A stretch of 64,000 bases of DNA, from NCBI RefSeq assembly GCF_964355755.1, contig NC_092675.1:2847812-2911811 (forward strand). The letters are read 5' to 3'. Both the position numbers and the translations under genes were made by a program. Shown here one piece after another: positions 1 to 11,418 of the stretch (positions within the stretch are counted from its first letter, which is position 1; each line of letters begins with the position of its first letter). The notes beneath the pieces were generated by a model. The model ran no database searches. It was given only the letters and a program-made list of their open reading frames with translations, and was not told the origin of the DNA. Source of the stretch: Antedon mediterranea. Its lineage: Eukaryota > Animalia > Echinodermata.

Positions 1-85
1 AGAAAACGTCGAGATAGCGGTAGCGCGGTAGATGGGTACTAAAAGCGGTAGACTACCGCGAGTAGCGGTAGACTTGGGACCCCTG

Positions 86-2374
86 CCATTTATGTCAAAA
101 AATAAAAGGGTCGAAAATCAGCCATTTTTCAAAAATTTCCCTGTACTATAGTACAGGAATTTTTCAAAAAATGGCAAATTTTCGACCTTTTTATTTTTTG
201 ATAAAACTGGTTACTATAGCACAATTGACATGCGCAGAACCCATTATTCGCCTCTGCGCATGTTTATTATACTATAGTAACCATTTATGTCAAAACTGGT
301 TACCATAGCACAATTGACATGCGCAGAACCTATTATTCGTCTCTGCGCATGTTTATTATGCAATAGTAACCATTTATGTCAAAAAATAAAAGGGTCGAAA
401 ATCGGCCATTTTTCGAAAATTTTGCTGTACTATAGTACAGGGATTTTTCAAAAAATGGCAAATTTTCGACCTTTTTTTTTTTATGATAAAACTGGTTACT
501 ATAGCACAATTGACATGCGCAGAACCCATTATTCGCCTCTGCGCATGTTTATTATGCAATAGTAACCATTTATGTCAAAAAATAAAAGGGTCGAAAATCG
601 GCCATTTATCGAAAAATTACCATGTACTATAGTCCAGGGAGTTTTCAAAAAATGGCAAATTTTCGACCTTTTTTTTTCTCTCGATAAAACTGGTTACTAT
701 AGCACAATTGACAAGCGCAGAACCCATTATTCGCCTCTGCGCATGTTTATTATACTATAGTAACCATTTATGTCAAAACTGGTTACCATAGCACAATTGA
801 CATGCGCAGAACCCATTATTCTTCTCTGCGCATGTTTATTATACTATAGCAACCATTTATGTCAAAAAATAAAAGGGTCGAAAATCGGCCATTTTTCGAA
901 AATTTCCCTGTACTATAGTACAGGGATTTTTCAAAAAATGGCAAATTTTCGACCTTTTTTTTTCTCTCGATAAAACTGGTTACTATAGCACAATTGACAA
1001 GCGCAGAACCCATTATTCGCCTCTGCGCATGTTTATTATACTATAGTAACCATTTATGTCAAAACTGGTTACCATAGTACAATTGACATGCGCAGAACCC
1101 ATTATTCTTCTCTGCACATGTTTATTATACTATAGCAACCATTTATGTCAAAAAATAAAAGGGTCGAAAATCGGCCATTTTTCGAAAATTTCCCTGTACT
1201 ATAGTACAGGGATTTTTCAAAAAATGGCAAATTTTCGACCTTTTTTTTTGTTGATAAAACTGGTTACTATAGCACAATTGACATGCGCAGAACCCATTAT
1301 TCGCCTCTGCGCATGTTTATTATGCAAGAGTAACCATTTATGTCAAAAAATAAAAGGGTCGAAAATCGGCCATTTTATCGAAAAATTACCATGTACTATA
1401 GTCCAGGGAGTTTTCAAAAAATGGCAAATTTTCGACCTTTTTTTTTCTCTCGATAAAACTGGTTACTATAGCACAATTGACAAGCGCAGAACCCATTATT
1501 CGCCTCTGCGCATGTTTATTATACTATAGTAACCATTTATGTCAAAACTGGTTACCATAGCACAATTGACATGCGCAGAACCCATTATTCTTCTCTGCGC
1601 ATGTTTATTATACTATAGCAACCATTTATGTCAAAAAATAAAAGGGTCGAAAATCGGCCATTTTTCGAAAATTTCCCTGTACTATAGTACAGGGATTTTT
1701 CAAAAAATGGCAATTGACCTTTTTTTTTCTCTCTATAAAACTGGTTACTATAGCACAATTGACATGCGCAGAACCCATTATTCGCCTCTGCGCATGTTTA
1801 TTATGCAATAGTAACCATTTATGTCAAAAAATAAAAGGGTCGAAAATCGGCCATTTTTCAAAAATTTCCCTGTACTATAGTACAGGAATTTTTCAAAAAA
1901 TGGCAAATTTTCGACCTTTTTATTTTTTGATAAAACTGGTTACTATAGCACAATTGACAAGCGCAGAACCCATTATTCGCCTCTGCGCATGTTTATTATA
2001 CTATAGTAACCATTTATGTCAAAACTGGTTACCATAGCACAATTGACATGCGCAGAACCCATTATTCGCCTCTGCGCATGTTTATTATGCAATAGTAACC
2101 ATTTATGTCAAAAAATAAAAAGGTCGAAAATCGGCCATTTTTCGAAAATTTCCCTGTACTATAGTACAGGGATTTTTCAAAAAATGGCAAATTTTCGACC
2201 TTTTTTTTTCTCTCTATAAAACTGGTTACTATAGCACAATTGACATGCGCAGAACCCATTATTCGCCTCTGCGCATGTTTATTATGCTATAGTAACCATT
2301 TATGTCAAAAAATAAAAGGGTCGAAAATCGGCCATAATAAACATGCACAGAGGCGAATAATGGGTTCTGCGCAT
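86..2374. repeat. Composite satellite of two palindromic modules (A about 105 bp, B about 90 bp) in ABB/AB higher-order units
   Basis: Units start at CCATTTATGTCAAAA (86, 281, 370, 566, 764, 853, 1050, 1139, 1334, 1533, 1622, ~1815, 2010, 2099, 2296). Module A is centred on TCCCTGTACTATAGTACAGGGA; module B has arms ACATGCGCAGA/TCTGCGCATGT. The short ORFs here are repeat artefacts. Confidence 0.95.
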
Positions 2375-2778
2375 CTTACAATGTTAAAAGTAATTGTAAT
2401 AAAAACATTGCATTCATTATTTTACATTTAAAAAAAGTAATTTAAATATATAAAATAATTAACAAAATGCCTAATAAAAGACGATAAAAATTGATTAAAA
2501 ATTGATTGACAGTTGTAATTATTCTGTAAAGCTTGTGTTCGTGTTCGTGTAGAGAGGCTATAAACTCAGGGGAGGAATATAAAATACTCTCCCTTTTCAC
2601 CAAGACAAAAATGAATGAGATGAGTAAGAAGAATGCAAAAGTGAAAAATAAGATATTTAGAATGGATAGGATGGAATCTATTTAATGAAAACCGTAAGGT
2701 TAGAGTCCACACTGTGCAAGTCCAAAATAGTATTTTGACTCTGTGTGTATGCGAGACGCTTCATACCCGGATGTAAAA

Positions 2779-2781
<3 letters not shown>

Positions 2782-2817
<36 letters not shown>
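2782..2817. repeat. (TA)n microsatellite
   Basis: Directly visible TA run. Confidence 0.95.
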
Positions 2818-2819
<2 letters not shown>

Positions 2820-3164
2820 ATACCAATAAAAAGACTTAAAATAACTTTATACATCAATATTAAAATATTTGTAAATCTATTCAATTAAATATATATATAC
2901 ATATACATATACTCATCACAGGCACAGAAAAATTCAAAACGATAAAGATGGAAAAGTCGCTAAAATCGAAATTCGAAACCGGAACAGTTTGCTTGATATG
3001 CAGATTTTTCTTAACCTTTAGACCACTGGGTTTTTTTTCATTCTATTAAAATATTCTCTATTATTATATTCACCATGCTGTTTCTTCGGAATATTCATTA
3101 AATACATCAATAAAAAGAAAAAATATTCTAAATTATACAATCAATACAAACTGAGAAAAATGCA

Positions 3165-6100
3165 TCAACCATAATAAGCATATAAAAAGATACAGATTCC
3201 TAACAGAGCTACTAACACACTGTTTAATATGAGTTTATGCCTTGGTTCCTGCCCTATACTTCTTGATGTTTCTGTTGTTTTTGGTTCTGTTTCTATTTCG
3301 TCTGGGACGCCACAGAACCACTTGAAAAACTTAAATACATTTGTCTTATTAGCATTTTCCTCAATCTGTATGTCGGTAATATCATCTGAAATTATTAAAC
3401 ACATGTTACAATGGTTTAAATAGTATATTTATTTTATTTTATGTCTTTAGGCAATGTGGCCAAGGATTACCAATAGTAAATTAATCAGATAGGGGCTATT
3501 TTGTGAACCAGTTCACTGGGGTAACTCCCCTACTTTTCTCGAATAATGAACTGTGATCTTTAAAGTGCACACAGGTTATAACTGTGTACACTGGACCTAC
3601 GGTTTATAGTCCTTATCCGAGAAGACTTGTTCCACCACCAGAACTAAGAGCGAGTCATCCTCCACCCTTGCCGATGTTGACAGCTCTTTACAGTAAACTT
3701 AACCGCTCTGGCATTTCACTGCTGCTAATTTATGGAAATTAATCTTCACTTCCAGAGGGATTTGTAATTCTGCCAACTTTAAAACATGAGTGTGTATGGA
3801 CTCGTCCTATTACAATAAAAAAAACTAAAGATGTCTGAAGATGTGTAGTTTATACTAATGTATGTTACCTGTTACAGCTGGAGCCTTCTGATTGGTTTTT
3901 TCATTATCAACTGGTATTTCAGTTTCAACATTAGACACTGTACTCAATCCATAGTTACCAGTCTCTGTTTCCTCATTGTCTACTAGTGGCGTATCACTTC
4001 TGTTAGGGTCGCCATATCGTGTCCACCATGTTAGTTTAAATAACTTTATAAAAAGGTAAAAATAGTAATTATTTTTGTCTGTATTCAAAAGCATTTTTAA
4101 TTTCCTACTCCGCTGCCAAAAACCGAGATGAAACAAGTGGATTAATTGAATAAAAGTTTACTTACTACTAGAATAATAGATGTGTTATAAAACCAACAAT
4201 GAATGTTTTGTTATTGTTGAATGGAGAGAATATTTCATTTGTTGAAAGATTGTCTTATATACAGTTAAATAGTATTTTTAACTCATGAAATATTCAACCC
4301 ATTAAACTCATAAACATTCATTATTTGTATACTATTAACTTTATAAATGTTTAAAAATTCTTACTTTATCTTTATCAACTGGTGTTGTAAAGTAACTGAG
4401 TGTGATTTGTATGACCAGAGCAATGACCAGAATAATAGTACCAATGTAAAAGTAGTGTAGCTTCATGATGCTAGGCCGATCGTCAGGCTCACCACAGGCA
4501 GGCTCCGGATATACAAACTCCAAAATGATGCGAATTAGAGAAACAAGATGAGCTCCAATAAGAGCATAGAATGCTCCCTATGAAAACAAAATGTAATTAT
4601 TTTTAAGGGGAAATGGTTAGATTTTTAAATAAATTTGAAAGAAAGTAGTGTGTATTGTTTTTTTTGTTTAAATTTTTGATACGCCCTCTAGTGAGCAGGG
4701 AATTGAAATATGTGCCAACAAATCTAAACAACATATGTTGTGAGTGGCCAACCGTAATTATGTAGCCATAACCTTCGGCAAGGGTTCGAGGCTTGCTCGC
4801 TCCACAGCTTTGGTGGTAGAACAAGTCTTCTCGGATAAGGACTATAAACCGTAGGTTCAGTGTTCACATCTAGCTCATGTGCACTTTAAAGAACCTAGTA
4901 GGGGCCCTCTGAGAGACCAGTCTTTGACTGAAGAGGTTACCCAGTATAAATAAATAACAAATTCAAAAAATGATGCTGGGCCATCAAATCTGAGAAGTCC
5001 AAATACACTCTAAACTAGAAACTCAACAATTACTTACAGCTTCAGTAGCTCGCTCCCAGAATATACCAAGGCAGAAGATAACAGTGAGCGGTGGTTGTAG
5101 ATAGATCGATATCTTTTGTATGTAGTAAAAAAGTTCTCCGTTGTTGGATGACTCCACCAAAGGAATTAGTAATATACTGATTATAACCATTAGAACTATA
5201 AATAATCTGAAAAAAAAAAAAAAAAAATTTAATTTTAATTGTGTGACCAACCAGAATTTTCTTTTAACTTTCAAAAAAAGAACCCAAATGTTTGTCCTGT
5301 CGTAGCAGCAGTAGTAGCATAACAACAGAAACGTTGAGACGTTCTTAACTTTGCTTTACTACCTTTTTAGGAATAAGATTGTGAACCAATCATTTTATTT
5401 GACTAGTGTTTATTCTCTATGTATGTATGTAAAATGTATTCTTTACAATCAGACTACTTTCTAAAAAACAAGACATTTAGGTAAAAAGGTGTGGTTTTAT
5501 ATGAGTTGACTATATACCTTCCAACAATACCCTGTTCTTTTTGCGTACAGTATGGTCGCAATTTTCGCCAAATATCAAGAGTGAAGATGGTGCTAGAACT
5601 GTTAAATATCGACGTTAGTGAGCTCACCAATGCACATAACATGACAGCTAGCATTAGTCCTGTTAAACCTATGAATGAATTGAGAAAGAATTATTTGTCA
5701 AAATCATGCTTTGTCAGTCAGGTGCTACAGATGTCTGTTTATACTAACTGTAACAATGTGTAAAATAAAGAAAGAGATTCATTGGAGCTACTACTTTTTG
5801 AGTTTTATTACTAACCACTGCCTATGGTACCCAAACTGGACTCTACAATGTTTTGGAGTTATAAAATTTAGAGATTTTCATGCTGGATATATTATTTCTC
5901 ACTTGTTTTTATTCTCAAAGCAGTTTTCATAAATTTAGGATCAGTTGCTTGGGCAACATAACCAGGCCTAATATTGCATTAAGCTCTCTCTACACTATCA
6001 AACTAGTTTGACAAAAAAAAGTGTGATGTGCCCAAATATGGTGGTGATATGACATCATCATGTCCATATATGGGCACATCACTTTTTTTTTTGGCACATA

Positions 6101-9100
6101 AAGTTTGATAGTGTAGACAAGGCTTTAGATTCTTTCTCTTATTTACCTGAGGGAAGCAGTTCAACTACCATCAATGGATAAGCTATGTTGGAGCATGACT
6201 CAGAATTACCACATACCTTATAGCAGACATCAGGATCTACACAAGCAACTTGATCTAAAATGTTAAAGAATTGATGTTAACAAGTTACAGTCACATCACT
6301 GGGCCTCTTTCAACTGGACCATAATGTCCGATTTTCAGGTGGGTCCAAGCCTTCAGAGTATTATATATGTGTTTACGTATTGTCAAAGAATAGATTGAGG
6401 AAGCATGTCACAACCCTGCATGTGGATCAATTTACATGACCTAACTTGGTCACCAAAAATCAAAAGTTGCGTTTTACCATTTTCTTTTTGGTGTCCAGTT
6501 TTTTGTGAACCCTAACATTTATAAATAACATATTTTTTTTTATTAGGAAGAAAGTGCATCTTTGAAAAAACCTTTCTAAGAGTAAAGAATGGGGTCATAG
6601 ACTTACCTGCAAAGAGGATTCTACTAATCATACCAGGCATAACAATAACAAACATAGGGAGTATCTTGAGATAACCAGCAAATAATGTTGCGCCTTTTCC
6701 ATTAGAGAGGTTCTTCGCTGACAATGCACGTTGAACTATAACCTGTGATAAACAGAAGGCACTTAAAATTAGGTACTCAGAGATGCTGATGTCAATCTGT
6801 TAGCTTTCATTTCTGAAGTTCCTAGCGAGGGAATATCAAACTTGTACTGTCTGTCAGTTTAAAAAATATTTGACAACTTGCCTGATCCATTGCCCAGTAT
6901 TGGAGAGATGAAGGCAGTGCTCCAATGAAGAAGCCTAGCCAAGGCATATCTGAATCCCAAGGATCACGGAATATATGCCAGTAGTCTTCCCGTGGGAGGC
7001 CACATGAATTGTTATTATATAACGTGTCATTTGGCACAGCAGTTGCATATAAAGGTTCAAGATTCTGGTAACCACCAATTTCATTAAAACCTATAAAATA
7101 AAAAAAAAGATAATGGATTATAGCTCTCTCTACACTATCATTATTATTATGTGATGTGCCCATATATGAACATGATGATGTCATATCACTACCATATTTG
7201 GGCATACCACTATCATATTTGGGCATACCACTACCATATTTGGGCATATCACTACCATATTTGGGTACAATTTGTTTTTGTCAAACTAGTTTGATAGTGT
7301 AGACAGAGCTTTACGTACTTTAAGTGCACACAATGCCAGATGTTTATTTCTAGTAGTTATTTATATATTTTTCTGGTATAATATCTTTCTTCTCTTACTG
7401 TCATCTCAGTAGTTTCTGTCAACAACACTATTTAGTATTATTTTTAAATTTCAGATATTTCTTACTAATTGCAGCTAATATAACCGCTCCAATGAACATT
7501 ATAAATGCTTGTAGCGTGTCTGTGTAAATAACAGCTGCAAGCCCTCCTAAAAAAACAAGAACAATTAATTTTTAAATATATTATGATTAAACACAGTAAA
7601 CGGTTTTATGGAAATATATTGATTAAAAACTATAAAAATTATTTTCTGTGATTTTCTGATTATTATTATTCTTTTCATGTATTTCTATAGGACTATTGTA
7701 AATTAAATATTTTATATATAACAATAAGCTTTTTATATATTTCTATAGGAATATTGTAAAATGAAATATTTTATAAATAACAATAAGCTTTTCATTTATT
7801 TTTTAAAGGATTATTTTAAATTTAGTTAATCTGAAAGAATGTTACACATCTGTTGGTTGGGATAACAGGTGCACTTATTTTGTGTATTTAAAATACAGTA
7901 TAAGGTATGAATTACTTTTCTAAACCAGGATGATTCAAAGGAATTTATGAATAACAATAGAGATAATTGATTCGTTTGCTTACCAGCAATTGTGAAGATA
8001 GAGATAATAACGAGTAAAATGGCAATAGACGCATAGATATTCCATCCAAATGCAACATTGATAAACAAAGCCCCTGCATACAGATCAACCTGTATATAAA
8101 CAATATACAAATGTTTATGTTATTTCGTTTATAAACTGGGTGACTTCTTCAGTATAAAGCTCTGTCTACACTATCAAGCTAGTTTGACTAAAAAGGTGTG
8201 ATGTGCCACAAATATGGTAGTGATATGACATTATCATGTCCATATATGGGCACGGTAGTTTTTGTTGTCACATAAAGAGGAGGATTCAAGAAAGGAAAGT
8301 CGGTGAGGAAAACAGGGGGATGGAAACCCCATTTTCTCATTATAATTCAGGCTCAGCCTTCTCTAAATACATCTTTAGCTTGGTCTACACTAGCAAACTT
8401 TATGTGACAAAAAAAATGTGATGTGCCCAAATATGGACATGTCACATCACACATTTTTTGTCAAACTAGTTTGATAGTGTAGATACGGCTTAAGAATACC
8501 TGTTTTTATTAATTAATTAAAGGCTCTATAAAAATTATGAATTCATACCGATATTTTAGTGAGTATATACCACAGAAGACTCAAAACAGCTACATAGGCC
8601 TGTAGTCTGTGACCACCATATCTCTTTGATAAGTATTCCGGCATCGTATATACACCAGCAGCCATATAAACTGGTAAAAATATCCAGCTAAGACATTGAA
8701 GTAGAAATAATGCCTATATAGAAAAGCAAAACATGCATTCATTAAATTTTCAAAATATATTTATATACTGTCAGTTTCCATATGATAAGATAGGTAGATT
8801 TTTTTAAAGTTTTTCAAAATACACACATAGGATGATGATTGGTACATTATGAGCCAAGTTGTTATTTCCAAGTTTTTTTATCTTTTGCGAGAATCATTTT
8901 TGATGTAAAAGCAGTGACTGCCTATCTGATAAAGCCTGCTTTAATAATTACGTTAAGTTAAAATTCTGAAGTTATCTACCAGTCAAACAACGTTGTAAAA
9001 TAAAAATAAAAGATAGATTTATATAGTTCAAATAAACGTCTATGCGCTCAACAAAAATTGTCACCATATAAATAAACTTTTATTTAAGTACCATTATATT

Positions 9101-10691
9101 TATTAATGTATATTATATTTTTTTTGTTTTTCTGATGCCGCACACCATATTTGGAACATCCAGGCATCACCTTTATAAGAACTGAATTGGAGGAATCTTG
9201 GTGACTCATACTTACATTGAGCTCAAATGCTGCAACTGCTATTCCACTCGCAGCACCAGACCCAGCAAGACCTATAAAGTGTTCACTACCAATATTGCTT
9301 GCGAACAGTGACGCACCCACCTACATTAGCAACATTTCATTGGTTAGAATATCTAATTACATCATGAAATAAACTCTCTATATTTGTTGATTATACCATA
9401 TATCCTCTGGTATAACCCCACCCTCCTAGAACATGAAATTGTGCCAACTTACAGTAGGGGGGTGTGACTATACCCGGGGAATCCCTGATTCAGGAAAAAC
9501 ATGATTTGTTAAGCATTACTTTCTAGTCTACATCCAGACAAAAATCAATACTGGGACTATATCCAAATTCCTGTTTGTGAAATCAGAAATAAAGTAGGGG
9601 TGGGATTAGACCAGAAGTGGGATTATACCACTCTATATGGTAGAGGTAACAGACTATAAACGTTTAGAACAGATGTGTGTAAACAAATAATAAAACAAAT
9701 ATTGTTTTGTACAGTATTTGTGGAAATGAAGAGAATATGTTAATTTGTCGGATCCGAGTCATTAAATAGAACAGTCAATCCTTCATTCAACAAAAAATAA
9801 GATAGTACAATGTTTTGATGTCATCATCATTAGGACAGCTTAATCAGCTACAGTATGCATCATCTGCTATCAAGGACTTACTGTCAACTAGCTTACACCA
9901 ATATACATAATTATTATACTATTGCTAAACATATGTCCAAATTGTCCATGTACACAGAATCATTACTGTACTTACTGGTAGCCAGAACATAGAATTTCCA
10001 GCCAAAAAGTATTCTTTTGATGTAGATCTTGATGAGTGAAATAATGACTGAAATGAAAAAAAATACAATTTTGTCTAGAAAACCAGCAAGAATAGAATCT
10101 GGTTTGATGATAACAATCATTTTGACTGTTTTGAACCCTCATCAAAAGACAAATTTAAATAAATGTTTGTTAAACTTTATGGTAACTATACCCTTCATTG
10201 ATATAAAAATTCCAATTGATATTCTGAGTGAGGCCATAGTGAACTAAAATATCTCTATGGTGAGGCCTTTTAAAATTGATAAACAATATTATACAATATA
10301 TTATATTAACATATATACAAGATTATTAAATTCATTTTTACACTGCTCAGTGTTACCCTATTTAAAGTTCATTTTGTTTATTGATAAATATAAAATAAAA
10401 TGGATTTATAAAGCTGAGTGATCAACCACCAGCAAATCTGAGTGTATGTTTAAACGAATTGGCTGGCTAATTAAGAGCATGTCCGGCCCTAAACCTTTTG
10501 TATTGTATTGACTTGTACTAAAAGGGGCTAGGCCTAAGTTGTATTGTCGGTCGGTGTCCTTGGTTGACCTACTTTAACCCTATCCGAATAAAAACCAGTT
10601 AGTAAATACTTACTGCTATTCCCACCGACAGGACACATGCAAAATATATTACAAGAACAATAATATCTTCTGTAGTTACTGAGGTAGCCAT
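3165..10691 (-). CDS. SLC5A3: SLC5-family sodium/myo-inositol (sugar) cotransporter, SMIT1/SLC5A3-like, 14 exons, about 662 aa
   Basis: Exons (minus): 10614-10691, 9976-10047, 9216-9320, 8549-8713, 7984-8089, 7466-7546, 6882-7090, 6607-6742, 6147-6254, 5518-5668, 5038-5206, 4365-4577, 3869-4043, 3165-3385. Total 1989 nt, phases consistent. SSS motifs: [30 protein letters not shown] (the SEHFIG form is SMIT1-like), [42 protein letters not shown]. Exact paralog assignment within SLC5A is tentative. Confidence 0.92.
3440..3680 (-). mobile_element. tRNA-derived SINE, DeuSINE-like, partial copy
   Basis: Reverse complement matches the core of the copies at 4750 and 13272 (TCTCGGATAAGGACTATAAACCGTAGGTCCAGTGTACAC...GCACTTTAAAG...AGTAGGGGAGTTACCCC). 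Confidence 0.75.
4750..4970 (+). mobile_element. tRNA-derived SINE, DeuSINE-like, 5'-truncated and internally deleted copy
   Basis: B box GGGTTCGAGGC, shared core, and the same 3' end TTACCCAGTATAAATAAATAACAAATTCAAAA as the copy at 13272. Confidence 0.8.
5982..6124. mobile_element. PIF/Harbinger-type MITE, family 1
   Basis: TIR AGCTCTCTCTACACTATCAAACT / AGTTTGATAGTGTAGACAAGGCT, flanked by TTA on both sides. Related copies at 7122, 8158, 8378 and about 31875. Confidence 0.8.
7122..7310. mobile_element. Harbinger-type MITE family 1 copy with expanded internal 21-bp repeat
   Basis: Same TIRs as the copy at 5982; tandem CATATTTGGGCATACCACTAC units inside. Confidence 0.75.
8158..8490. mobile_element. 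Two Harbinger-type MITE family 1 copies (8158-8277 truncated; 8378-8490)
   Basis: TIR motif GTCTACACTATCAA and internal GTGATGTGCCCAAATATGG shared with the copy at 5982. Confidence 0.7.
9394..9642. mobile_element. Probable Tc1/pogo-type MITE remnant
   Basis: Termini TACCATATA...TATATGGTA; subterminal GGTATAACCCCAC / GTGGGATTATACC inverted motifs. Confidence 0.5.
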
Positions 10692-11418
10692 ACTTCACGT
10701 CCTACCGGCTCTACTGTAAAGACGTAAATGATGGCAATAAACAATGGGTAAGGTTTGTTTTGCTCCGTGACCATTCATGCGTGAAATTTAGAACTGTACA
10801 TACATATTGACATACTGATTAGAGGCTATTTTTCAAGTCAGTACTTTTAAATTTAAGAGGACAATTTAAAAAAAAAATGCTTAGGTTATTTTGAAACTGA
10901 CTTAAGCACAATAGATTTTTGCCTTATGACTTTATATTGTAATATTTTTGTCAAATGTTCTAATTTGTTTGCAGTAGGTATTCTATAAAGATATTTTTAT
11001 TATTAATATATTGTGATTCATTCATGTACTTTAAAAAGCAAATTGATTATATTTTATACCTTGTAGTGTGTACTGTGCGGTACAACGATACATTTATTAA
11101 TAAACGTTAGTTTTTATTAAAAAATTGTCCATGTTTATAAAATTGTTCGAAATTCTGATCAGGGAGGTATAAAATAAGGTATAGAATAATTATTTTATAC
11201 CTCCCTTACATTCAGCTATTATAGCTTCAGATCCAGTTTCAATCCAATACTTTTAAATAGATCATTTAAAATGAAGTGCTCAAGTTGACTGGGACATGGA
11301 TACTTTTTTGAGCTTTTAATTTAAGACATAAATTAAAAATAAAGCAGAATAATTCACATGTGTCCATGGTTTTGTATATTTTTAATAAACTATTAAATCC
11401 ATTAATAACAAAAAAATA

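Noticed and set aside
86-2374. CRISPR array
   Set aside because: No unique spacers, units are far too long, the context is eukaryotic and there are no cas genes.
287-2431. Many similar short ORFs (MSKLVTIAQLTCAEP...)
   Set aside because: They are translations of the satellite; frames break at homopolymer length changes.
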